Assembly: GCA_964036045.1 (NCBI GenBank)
Contig: OZ038378.1
Location: 167,586,001-167,650,000, forward strand
DNA length: 64,000 nt
Direction: 5' to 3'
Origin: Eutreptiella sp. 'Long Island Sound 2002'
Lineage: Eukaryota; Protista; Euglenida
Every line of letters begins with the position of its first letter. Within the stretch, counting starts at the first letter, position 1. Positions 38,968 to 47,340 of the stretch are shown piece after piece. Position numbers and translations under genes: made by a program. Below the pieces are notes generated by a model. That model made no database searches and was not told the origin of the DNA. It saw nothing but the letters and a program-made list of their open reading frames with translations.

Positions 38968-41877
38968 TCAAGTACTCCTGGCACCTGCTCGTGCTAACGG
39001 CACTGCTATTCCCCTGATAGGGCCTAATCCAAGCCACACTGGCCACACTACTCTGGTCTCAGAGTCTCCATCTATCAGGCTGCTCGCTCTGGATGGGTGG
39101 GACCACACTATATCTACTCTTGGCTTGCCCGTAATTCGAACGCCTCCCCATGTCGGCTGGATTCTGTTCACAGAGACACCTTCTGCCTGCAGGATGCGGC
39201 ACACCTCCTGTACCCACAAGTATACCCTGAGCTTGGTCACCATGCATTCATGGAACAGGTGGTGGCGCACACTGTCGCACCACATTTCGCATTGGGGGCA
39301 GTGCTGATGCACCCCTTCCCATTCCCACTCATGGGCACTGGCATACAGGCACCACGTCCGTACTTCTCCCCAATCTCTCAGGGCTAGCGGTTGTACTCTC
39401 CTCCATGCTCTCATCGCCTCTGCCGTCTCCTGGAAGACGCTAGTCCATGCCCTCTTGCCTGGTGCTGCTGTGGCTGATGGGCTAGTGCACTGGAGTGCAG
39501 GTTGACTGTTACTCGGCAGAAACTTTCTCAAGTCCCCTATGACCTCTCCCTTGTAGAATGGTAATACCGTCTTACCATCTAACCACACCACTGGCAACCT
39601 CATGGGCGGTGCCCTGCCATGCGCACCTTCCTTGGCTTCCTTGTCCATGAGCTGGTTCTCTCTGGAAATCCAATCCTGCTGGTGTGAGTCATGCTGAGCC
39701 TGCACCCACCCCCAGTTGGCTGTGACTTCTTCTCCCTGACATGCTGTGATTACCCTATCCACTATCAACCCTTGCTTCTGTCGTACTTCCGCCGACTGGA
39801 TCCCCTGGATCGCCCCTAAGCAGTCTGACCAGGCCCACACTTCGTGAACTTCTACATCGTGGTTGACTACTGCTTCTCTCACTGCATCATACGCCATCGC
39901 AATCATGGTAGCTTCTACTAATTTGGTGCTCATCCCGTGCGCTAGCAGTGTTACCTTTTTCTGCAGCCACACTCTGCCCGCATCGTCCATCACTTTGGCT
40001 GCCCCTCCCCATTTGGGAATGTTGCTGGCATCTCCGAATATGTACAGGATGCGGCACTTTCTCGTCCCCTGTGGCTTGTTCAGCACCCACTTTTTGGCTT
40101 TTTCCAAACCCACTCTGTGGAACTCCACCCCTATCTCGCCAGCTCTTTTTCTGAGGCGCGACACATCTTTGTCGTATTTATGTAGGTCTGGATTTTGCCA
40201 CTGATGCCACGCCGCTGCTTTCAGTACTTCACTGGGGCTGTTCATGGCTTTGTGATACTCCACTAACGCCGTGGTCCACAGTACTTGATCAAGGGAGGTT
40301 CTCCCCACTACTTCGTACACACACTCTCTTGGTGTGCGTCTTGGAATCCCGAAAGCCCCTCTGAACGCTCTGGTTACCATACCGGTTAACTCATCCAGCT
40401 GCCCGTCCGATGGGATGTTTACGATGCCTTTGAATACCATCCTATTCTCCACCATGCCTTCGATGATCGCTATTGCCACTCCTACGGACACTGGCCCTCG
40501 GCTTAATTGCGCTGTTACTTTGTTTGTCCATTTCTTGATGTCCTGCCTGATCTGCGCATATCCTCTTGTGATATTGGCATTACCCCCCAACAGCTTGACG
40601 AACTTGTGCCTCGGCTGGGTGGTCACTTTGTCCGTCCCCCACTTGATGAAGAACCTGTGTGTTCTCACTTCGCCATCTTGTACCTTGTACCCGAGCATCT
40701 TCATCTTCCCACTGTGGTTCCTCTGCCCCAACGCATGAACTAGTCCTCGGAGGGTGTCTGCCAGAGCTTGCGTTTCCTGTGCCACTTCCTTTGGGGGGGC
40801 TGCAGCCGCTGCTGCTGTGTCATCTACATACCCCATCGTGCCCACAACTTCTCTTCCCCCATCTATGGTAACGGGCACTCCCCGCTGCATTTCCCTGACT
40901 GCCAAGTGCATGGGGTGCATGGCCATGATGTACAGGACTGGGTCTAACCCCCCGCCCTGCGAAACTCCATCGAGCTGGCTGTACCACTCGCTCAGTCCAT
41001 ACGCCGTCACTACATACGTTCGCAGAGATTCATACATGTCCAACACTCTATGCACCACATCCCTTACCGCTGGTGGCCCTTGATCTGCCATCACCTTTAT
41101 GGACTGTCTCATGACTTCGTCATACGCTCCCACTGTGTCAAGAAGCATAACACCTACTGCTCCTTTCGTGGCCAGGGCTTGCGTGATGAGAATGTGCATC
41201 AACCTCCTCATGCCGTGCACTAAGCTCCCTTTATATCCTGCAAATTGTCTTCCTGCAGACCATCTGGGCCTGGTCAACGTTTGCACCATGGGCGCTAGTA
41301 GCTTCGCTTGAATCCTGAGCAACGCTGACAAGACCTTGATGGGCCTTGTGTTCTTGTTCACGTCAAACCCTGTTGACTTGTGCAGGGTCATGTGAAGTAC
41401 CTGTCTGGTCTCCTCTGGCCACTGTCCATACTCCATGTTGAGGATGTCAGCAAATTTACTTGCTGTCCTCATCCCAAACAGTTTCAGCAAGCTAGGCACC
41501 ACGCAATCTACTCCTGCTGTCTTGTTACTGAACTCGGCTTTTCTGTTTAGCATCGTGGCTACTGACACTCTTCCCGCGTCCTTGCTCTCTATTGTGTCCG
41601 CCACTTGCTCTACCCGGCTGCTACTAGCCTTTGCCACTTGTCTCTCCACTAGCCCCGCCACCCATTCGGATGGGACAGTGGTGCTGTGCCTGGGATACTT
41701 CTTGGCACACTCCCGGCTGACTACTCGCAGTACGTCGCTGCCCTCCACAACTTCGCCGGACTCTGTGTCTGCTACCTTGTGCATCTTCAGGAACGGGTTG
41801 GCAGCCTGCAAGCGGAGTACCTTGAGGGTGCGCCCCTGGAGACCCCCCCCTGCTACTTGCTTCCAGTTCTCTATCAT
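38968..41877 (-). CDS. Retrotransposon ORF2, 3' part: reverse transcriptase (YVDD 40819-40830), RNase H (~39625-40050), Zn finger (39244-39300)
   Basis: 969-aa ORF with the listed motifs; in frame with the upstream EN ORF across a single TAG. Confidence 0.9.
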   Translation of the reverse strand: MIENWKQVAGGGLQGRTLKVLRLQAANPFLKMHKVADTESGEVVEGSDVLRVVSRECAKKYPRHSTTVPSEWVAGLVERQVAKASSSRVEQVADTIESKDAGRVSVATMLNRKAEFSNKTAGVDCVVPSLLKLFGMRTASKFADILNMEYGQWPEETRQVLHMTLHKSTGFDVNKNTRPIKVLSALLRIQAKLLAPMVQTLTRPRWSAGRQFAGYKGSLVHGMRRLMHILITQALATKGAVGVMLLDTVGAYDEVMRQSIKVMADQGPPAVRDVVHRVLDMYESLRTYVVTAYGLSEWYSQLDGVSQGGGLDPVLYIMAMHPMHLAVREMQRGVPVTIDGGREVVGTMGYVDDTAAAAAAPPKEVAQETQALADTLRGLVHALGQRNHSGKMKMLGYKVQDGEVRTHRFFIKWGTDKVTTQPRHKFVKLLGGNANITRGYAQIRQDIKKWTNKVTAQLSRGPVSVGVAIAIIEGMVENRMVFKGIVNIPSDGQLDELTGMVTRAFRGAFGIPRRTPRECVYEVVGRTSLDQVLWTTALVEYHKAMNSPSEVLKAAAWHQWQNPDLHKYDKDVSRLRKRAGEIGVEFHRVGLEKAKKWVLNKPQGTRKCRILYIFGDASNIPKWGGAAKVMDDAGRVWLQKKVTLLAHGMSTKLVEATMIAMAYDAVREAVVNHDVEVHEVWAWSDCLGAIQGIQSAEVRQKQGLIVDRVITACQGEEVTANWGWVQAQHDSHQQDWISRENQLMDKEAKEGAHGRAPPMRLPVVWLDGKTVLPFYKGEVIGDLRKFLPSNSQPALQCTSPSATAAPGKRAWTSVFQETAEAMRAWRRVQPLALRDWGEVRTWCLYASAHEWEWEGVHQHCPQCEMWCDSVRHHLFHECMVTKLRVYLWVQEVCRILQAEGVSVNRIQPTWGGVRITGKPRVDIVWSHPSRASSLIDGDSETRVVWPVWLGLGPIRGIAVPLARAGARST

Positions 41878-41940
41878 GGCCTCCCAGAACTTAGCTGTGA
41901 GGGATTGCTGGATTCTGTCTGGAACTTTCCATCCTTTGCC

Positions 41941-43647
41941 CTACACTACGGTCTTGAGACGTCGAATTACCTCCCTGTCATCGCTCTCCGGCTCTGATGC
42001 GCTCTTCATGAACTCCTGGTTAGCTAGCACTATCACCTCTCTCATCGTGTGCAGCCACTCTTCTGTCGACACTAGAGGTGAAGCACTGTACGCCTCCATG
42101 ATGTCCGAGAACATCTTTTTCTGTGACCCATCCCACCTGAGTGGGGTCACTGGCCTGAGTGCCGACGGGGTCGCTCCCGCTGTCAGCTGCACCGAGCCTT
42201 TTACCCATACTACTGGGTGGTCACCTACTGGTATGAGCCATACTCCTAGCTCCTGCATGTGCATGCCCCTGAGCATGAAGAAGTCCTTTGGATGCTGCTG
42301 ACGTCCACTCATAAAGGCTACTACTGAGTCTTGGCGCTGAAGTGTGGCTATGGTCTCTCGATGTGACCGGATGTCCCTGTTCCAGTCCCCACCTACCACC
42401 ATCCAGTTGTGCGGCGTGACGTCCAGGGCCTGGCGGATCTCCACCAGCTGGTGCGTGTATTCTTTGGGCTCGTTTTTCTGGGCCATGTGTACTGACCCTA
42501 CAACTCCTACTCCTGCAGCGTTGTGCGTCAGGATCAGCAGCGCACTTGGGGTGTCCAGGATCACCGCTTGTTTGGTTGCCCATTGCTCTCTAACCCATAC
42601 CTCGTTGGCTTGACCCACCTTGGTGTGCTTGGAGTTCTCGTGCCAAAATCCTTCCATTTGTCTCTCTACCCTCTTCTTGTCGGATCCCCACGTCTCTTGG
42701 CACGTGACTACTGTGGCCCGGGTTTCTTGGGCTATAACGACTACTTCATCCCACTTCTTGCGCGGCTGCTCCTTCTCTCGGTTGATACCTTGGCAGTTGA
42801 CCGACACCAGGCTGTATCCCATACTCACTTGGTGACAGGCCTCGGGGACTCGCATGGCACTCCATGCTTTTGCTTCGTATTTCTGCCTGTTCCATTTTGG
42901 GGCCGTCCAGTCTAAATACGCTGTACTCTTGCCCCCCCATACCTTGTATTTTACTGTCTCTCCCGCCCACTGGCGCTGGGTAGCATCCCATCCTGTTGCT
43001 CTACATATTGCTTTCCACCACTGGATCATGTCGCTGGGCGTCCTACGCCTGGTCCTGTGTGCTCGGCCTGCTCTGATTAGTACTTGATGGTCCCTGCCGT
43101 GCTCCCACACTTGCATGACTACCCACGGGCGGGTTATCAGCTTTCCTTCCTGGGAGTCTTCAGCTGGTGCTTGCGGTATCCCACACTTGCCTATGGTAGG
43201 CGACGCAGCCTGCATCACGAACTTCGTCGTCCCGCACGCTAGCACTCCTGATTGCACTGCATCTCCCTCTGGGGTTGGTGCTTTGCCAATTAGCTGCACA
43301 CTCCTGGTCCCCATTGTCTCCAACCGGGTCCCTTGTCCTGTCCATTTCGGGCCAAGAATCTTGGTGACTCGGACACTCTGGCCTCTACACGTCAGTTCCC
43401 TGACGTCGTCTTCCGTTTGGCTGCTTTCGGGCATCCTGAACTCTCCCGCTAGTGTATACAGGCCCAGCTCGTCTGCCTGGCATCCTTGGGCTGACGTCGG
43501 CTGGTAGTTGCCTGTCTTCTGCACCGGCACTCTTCTGCTGGCCCTCTTGATGGTTGCCGACTGAGCAATTTCCTGCAACGCCCACTCTGGGGCTTCTTGC
43601 AGCCCGTGGCCTCTGTGCCGGATCCTGAGCTCCATATCATCTGCCAC
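41941..43647 (-). CDS. Retrotransposon ORF2, 5' part: ~280-aa unassigned N-terminal region plus APE endonuclease (~42190-42820)
   Basis: SLVSVNCQGIN, VVTCQETW, VVGGDWNRD, PVGDHPVVWV match the exo-endo-phos motif order. Confidence 0.85.
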   Translation of the reverse strand: MADDMELRIRHRGHGLQEAPEWALQEIAQSATIKRASRRVPVQKTGNYQPTSAQGCQADELGLYTLAGEFRMPESSQTEDDVRELTCRGQSVRVTKILGPKWTGQGTRLETMGTRSVQLIGKAPTPEGDAVQSGVLACGTTKFVMQAASPTIGKCGIPQAPAEDSQEGKLITRPWVVMQVWEHGRDHQVLIRAGRAHRTRRRTPSDMIQWWKAICRATGWDATQRQWAGETVKYKVWGGKSTAYLDWTAPKWNRQKYEAKAWSAMRVPEACHQVSMGYSLVSVNCQGINREKEQPRKKWDEVVVIAQETRATVVTCQETWGSDKKRVERQMEGFWHENSKHTKVGQANEVWVREQWATKQAVILDTPSALLILTHNAAGVGVVGSVHMAQKNEPKEYTHQLVEIRQALDVTPHNWMVVGGDWNRDIRSHRETIATLQRQDSVVAFMSGRQQHPKDFFMLRGMHMQELGVWLIPVGDHPVVWVKGSVQLTAGATPSALRPVTPLRWDGSQKKMFSDIMEAYSASPLVSTEEWLHTMREVIVLANQEFMKSASEPESDDREVIRRLKTVV

Positions 43648-43893
43648 TTGTTCCCACTCTTGGGCATCATCTCCACTACCCCCTTTGTGGCTGGTGCTAC
43701 TGCACCTATCTGTACTACTGAAGGCGCTCTGTAATCCCCAGATCGCATCAAGAGAGTTGGGGGGCGGCAGTGTGGTGTATCATGCCCCCATACTCAGCAG
43801 ATAGCGCGTTCATGTCGCTATGGGGGTACGGAGGCAGTGTAGAAATAGAAGCCGCAGTTGAGTTTCACAGTGACACCCCGGCAGTCGATTCGG

Positions 43894-45537
43894 CTAGGAG
43901 GACGACCGTAGAGAGACATGGTACACACCTGTGACTGGGACTGCCGTCGTGGCATTCACTTTACCCGAGGGCTGTGCTGGGATCCTGGCTGCAATCTTTT
44001 TCAGTCCATCTAGCAGCAGCAGCTCTTTGATCTCAATTTCGTCGGACCTCTGCATCGGGTCACGTGCTGCACTCACCCTGAAGGAGTCCCTGTACACGCC
44101 CGACAGCGCTGCGTCTAGTTTGTCTCCGAGCACAAACATTACCACTTCATTGTACTGCTGGAGCATATCCCTGAACGTCCGATAATCCAGTGATACCGCT
44201 CCGAATATCCCTTCGCATGCTGCATAGCTATCCATCGGGTCGGTGTACTGGAATCCTGTGAGCAGGACTGGTCTCAACCTCTTGGGCCCTTTGGTGAGGC
44301 GTTCTACGGTGACCTTGTTCACGCCCGCCCCTGTGTGCCACTTGCCACCGACCTCTGCTTCGTCTCCCGTATCTCGGGGTTTGCTGGCCTCAACTTCGTC
44401 ACGAAGCCCAGCTACTCCTTCTCGATGCTGGCCATGGCTCTCGCTAGTTTCACCGTCGTCTGGCACCAGTACCCGTCTCGCATTCCCCAGGTTGTCCTTC
44501 GCATACTTCCTGCTCCTCGGTGAGGGGGACCCCACGCTCTTGTTCTTCTCCGGCGTCTTCCTGGGCGCTTGGTCGATAGTCTCCTTGGGTGGCTTTCTGG
44601 CAGCATCCGCAGCTGCTCTACGTTCCGCCCTAGCGGCTTCTTCATCCTCTAGTCTTGCTTTTCTGACATGCTTTACGAATTTGACTATCATGGTCCACCA
44701 CCACTTTGCCTCTTCTTCGGACGCTTGTGGTGACCGGCGCTTCACCCCCGAGAATATTCCTGTGGCCGGCATCAACAGTACCTCTACATCAATCTCCTCA
44801 ACATAATCCTTAGCTATCATCGCTTGCAGTTTGTCCTCCTCGGGGATGTTGAGGTCTTGCAGCGATGACAGCAGCACCATGGCTTTCTCGGAGTGCTTGC
44901 CGCCCCCCTGGTTCTTCTCTCCCGAACCGCTAGCCGCCTGGGCGTCTGATTGTGGCTGATCGTCGCCCGGCTCTGACCGTATGTCTTCGTGCTGGAACAG
45001 CTTGGGCCAGAGTATATTCCACATGGCTCTGGCATCCTGATCCTTGGTGATGACGTTGGAAGACCAGGTTGTCAGCAGGGTCTTGCTGGACACCCTCGTG
45101 GTCACTTCTACCACTGCGTCAAGCAGTGTATACTTGCTCTTGATGCCCGTCAACTTTCCACCTGCCCGCGGCGCTAGTTCTTGAACAACTTCCTGTTGTA
45201 CCTCCGGTGCCACTTTGCTGTACAGTGCAGACCACGGGGACGTCTCGATTTCTGGCCTCAGTTTTTCTACTTCTGCAGCTACAGCATGGTCTACGTCTCC
45301 ACTCAGCATGAGCGTGGTGAGCATGCGTGCCCGCAAACTGCCTGGTTGAACCCATAGCCCCAAGGCCTCCGTGACCTCCAGCCCTTGGTCTGGCACCCAC
45401 TTGAGTTTCCGATGGTCCCCTTGAACGGCCTTGACCTTCCCAGGTTTGACCTCTATGGCTGGGGGCATGACAACTCTGAGACAGTACAAACCAGTGTGCA
45501 TTACTTCGTCCTTATGCCCTCTTACCGTGCCACTCAT
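43894..45537 (-). CDS. Retrotransposon ORF1 (gag-like), 547 aa; C-terminal tail frameshifted, with a decayed CCHC knuckle at 43767-43808
   Basis: Long non-repetitive ORF just upstream of ORF2 on the same strand; downstream frame reads RAIC*VWGHDTPHC (C-x2-C-x4-H-x4-C spacing). Confidence 0.7.
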   Translation of the reverse strand: MSGTVRGHKDEVMHTGLYCLRVVMPPAIEVKPGKVKAVQGDHRKLKWVPDQGLEVTEALGLWVQPGSLRARMLTTLMLSGDVDHAVAAEVEKLRPEIETSPWSALYSKVAPEVQQEVVQELAPRAGGKLTGIKSKYTLLDAVVEVTTRVSSKTLLTTWSSNVITKDQDARAMWNILWPKLFQHEDIRSEPGDDQPQSDAQAASGSGEKNQGGGKHSEKAMVLLSSLQDLNIPEEDKLQAMIAKDYVEEIDVEVLLMPATGIFSGVKRRSPQASEEEAKWWWTMIVKFVKHVRKARLEDEEAARAERRAAADAARKPPKETIDQAPRKTPEKNKSVGSPSPRSRKYAKDNLGNARRVLVPDDGETSESHGQHREGVAGLRDEVEASKPRDTGDEAEVGGKWHTGAGVNKVTVERLTKGPKRLRPVLLTGFQYTDPMDSYAACEGIFGAVSLDYRTFRDMLQQYNEVVMFVLGDKLDAALSGVYRDSFRVSAARDPMQRSDEIEIKELLLLDGLKKIAARIPAQPSGKVNATTAVPVTGVYHVSLRSSS

Positions 45538-45748
45538 ATCTAGTGGCTCTAGGCTCTCGTGGCCCTACTAGGGCCATCGTAGCCCGTTTGCCTGCATGGC
45601 TTTTCGCACACTTGGAAACTCGTACTGCCACTCTTATTTCTCTAGCAGTGCTGCTGCACTTCACCTCGTGGTCTGTACCGTGCCGCACTCGTGGCGGGCT
45701 TTGCTAGCACACTTGCTGCACGCACGCACAGGCACTGCACTATGTCCT

Positions 45749-46620
45749 GAGCCTTCTCAGCTCGCATCCCGTCACTGTGTCAGGGCATCCGCACTTGCAG
45801 GCATGAGTCTCGTAGACTCGCATCCCTCGGGTACAAGGGGCATCCACCTTGGTGGGCATGAGCCTATACGGCTCGCATCCTCCCCGTCCTTGCGTTCCGC
45901 CGCTCTCCCTTGTCACTTGGTGCTATGTGCGCACTGGCACTTGCCCTTACCGTTGTCGCCCTAATCCTCGCTCCCCCCCCCCCTGTGCCCATGCTCTCGC
46001 TGTTGCTGCCCATCTTAGTTGCTGCACTCTGTCGCCATCATGTTACTATGTCTAGAGCCTTTGTGACTCGCATCCCTTCACTGTACTGGGGCATCCGCAT
46101 TCGCGGGCATGAGTCCGGGGTACTCGCATCCCGCAAGTGCATGGGGCATCCACCTCGGTGGGCTGGAGCCCGTGTGATTCGCATCCCCCCTACTCTCATG
46201 GGGACCTGTTCAGCTTTGTTGCAGCTCTCTCGGGACCAACTAGCACGGTTTGTGCTCTGACTCTGGGTCATACCCTGGCTGTCTACCTTCGTTCGGCCTT
46301 CTCCCTCTGTGGCTATGCACTTGATATCATGGGCTCATGATTCCTCAGCCCGCATCCCGATCAGTTGTCGGGGCATCCACTGCCGTGGGCATGAGCATCA
46401 GCTGCTCGCATCCCAACACTCTGTCGGGGTATCTCCATACCTTGTCACTATTCCCGCACCCGATGGGCGCTCTCCACTTCCCTCATGGGGATATCTACTT
46501 CAGTGGGCATGAGTCTCTGCGACTCGCATCCCATCAGAATGGGCCGGGCATCCACTACTGTGGGCATGAGCTCTCAAAGCTCGCATCCCATTGCCATGGG
46601 GCATCCACACCTGTGGGTAT
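45749..46620 (-). other. Array of covarying hairpins separated by AUGC linkers (GCAT on +) in the retroelement 5' region; putative structured cis-element
   Basis: 23 exact GCAT linkers in 4 clusters; ~55-nt unit = GAG-N9-CTC / CCC-N~10-GGG / CCRC-N4-GYGG with compensatory stem changes. Confidence 0.8.
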
Positions 46621-47053
46621 GTGTCCGTGTATTTCCTTTCTCAGCCTGTGGCTGGGGAGTGTCATCGGGGGCTACACCTCCATGGACGCCGACTCTAGGT
46701 TTCTGGGAAACTTGCCTGGGGGGTTGTTCTCCACTCTGGCCTGGTCCCCCTGAACTTGGTCGGTGGGTTTTGAGGATCTCCTTCTTTTGCACCCATGGTA
46801 TCTGTCAATGTCAAGCCCATTGCCACCTCACGTGTCGGTGCTACCCTGGCCGCCGGCTAAAGATATCCTACTGGAACGCCTTGTATCCACACAAGCCGCC
46901 CTAGCCTGGTTGCCTGGTAAACCAGTGGGTTTCGTGCTGTCTGTACATGCCTCCTGCCTCGCAGGGGTTCCTCACCTGGTGGGTCTACTCGCTGCTCAGC
47001 CTGGGACCCGCTGAGATGTTCGTGGGGTGTGCTTAGGCAGTCTAGCTCTCCTT

Positions 47054-47340
47054 GAAAACAAAACAGAGCCGCCATAGGCATTGTTGACCCTCAGGGTTTC
47101 CATCCCGGCGCCAACCCTGTTTTGTTTCCCCGGGGTACCAGTACCTCCTATACCAGACTCTCTCGACAACAGGGCTTGACGATTCGCACCTGCACAGCCA
47201 CTGCAGGGCGCTAAGGGGCATTCTTAACTTCACGGCAGCACCGCAAAGAAAGATTGCTGTTTTGCAGAAACAAACCAGAGCCGCCATAGGCATTGTTGAC
47301 CCCTCGGGTTTCCATCCCGGCGCCAACCCTGGTTTGCTTC
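47054..47340 (-). repeat. Duplicated ~75-nt structured motif (47054-47128 and ~47267-47340)
   Basis: Core gagccgccataggcattgttgaccc...gggtttccatcccggcgccaaccctg in both copies; closing stems aaacag/ctgttt vs aaccag/ctggtt covary. Confidence 0.75.

Noticed and set aside
45749-46620. CRISPR array or coding-repeat reading of the GCAT hairpin array
   Set aside because: Variable parts are short hairpin loops, not 25-45-nt spacers, and no cas genes are present. Some 55+56-nt pairs keep frame, but all frames contain stops.
47054-47128. Hammerhead ribozyme (GAAAC next to CUGAGG)
   Set aside because: GAAA and CUGA are adjacent with no room for the intervening stems, and CUGA is not kept in the second copy.
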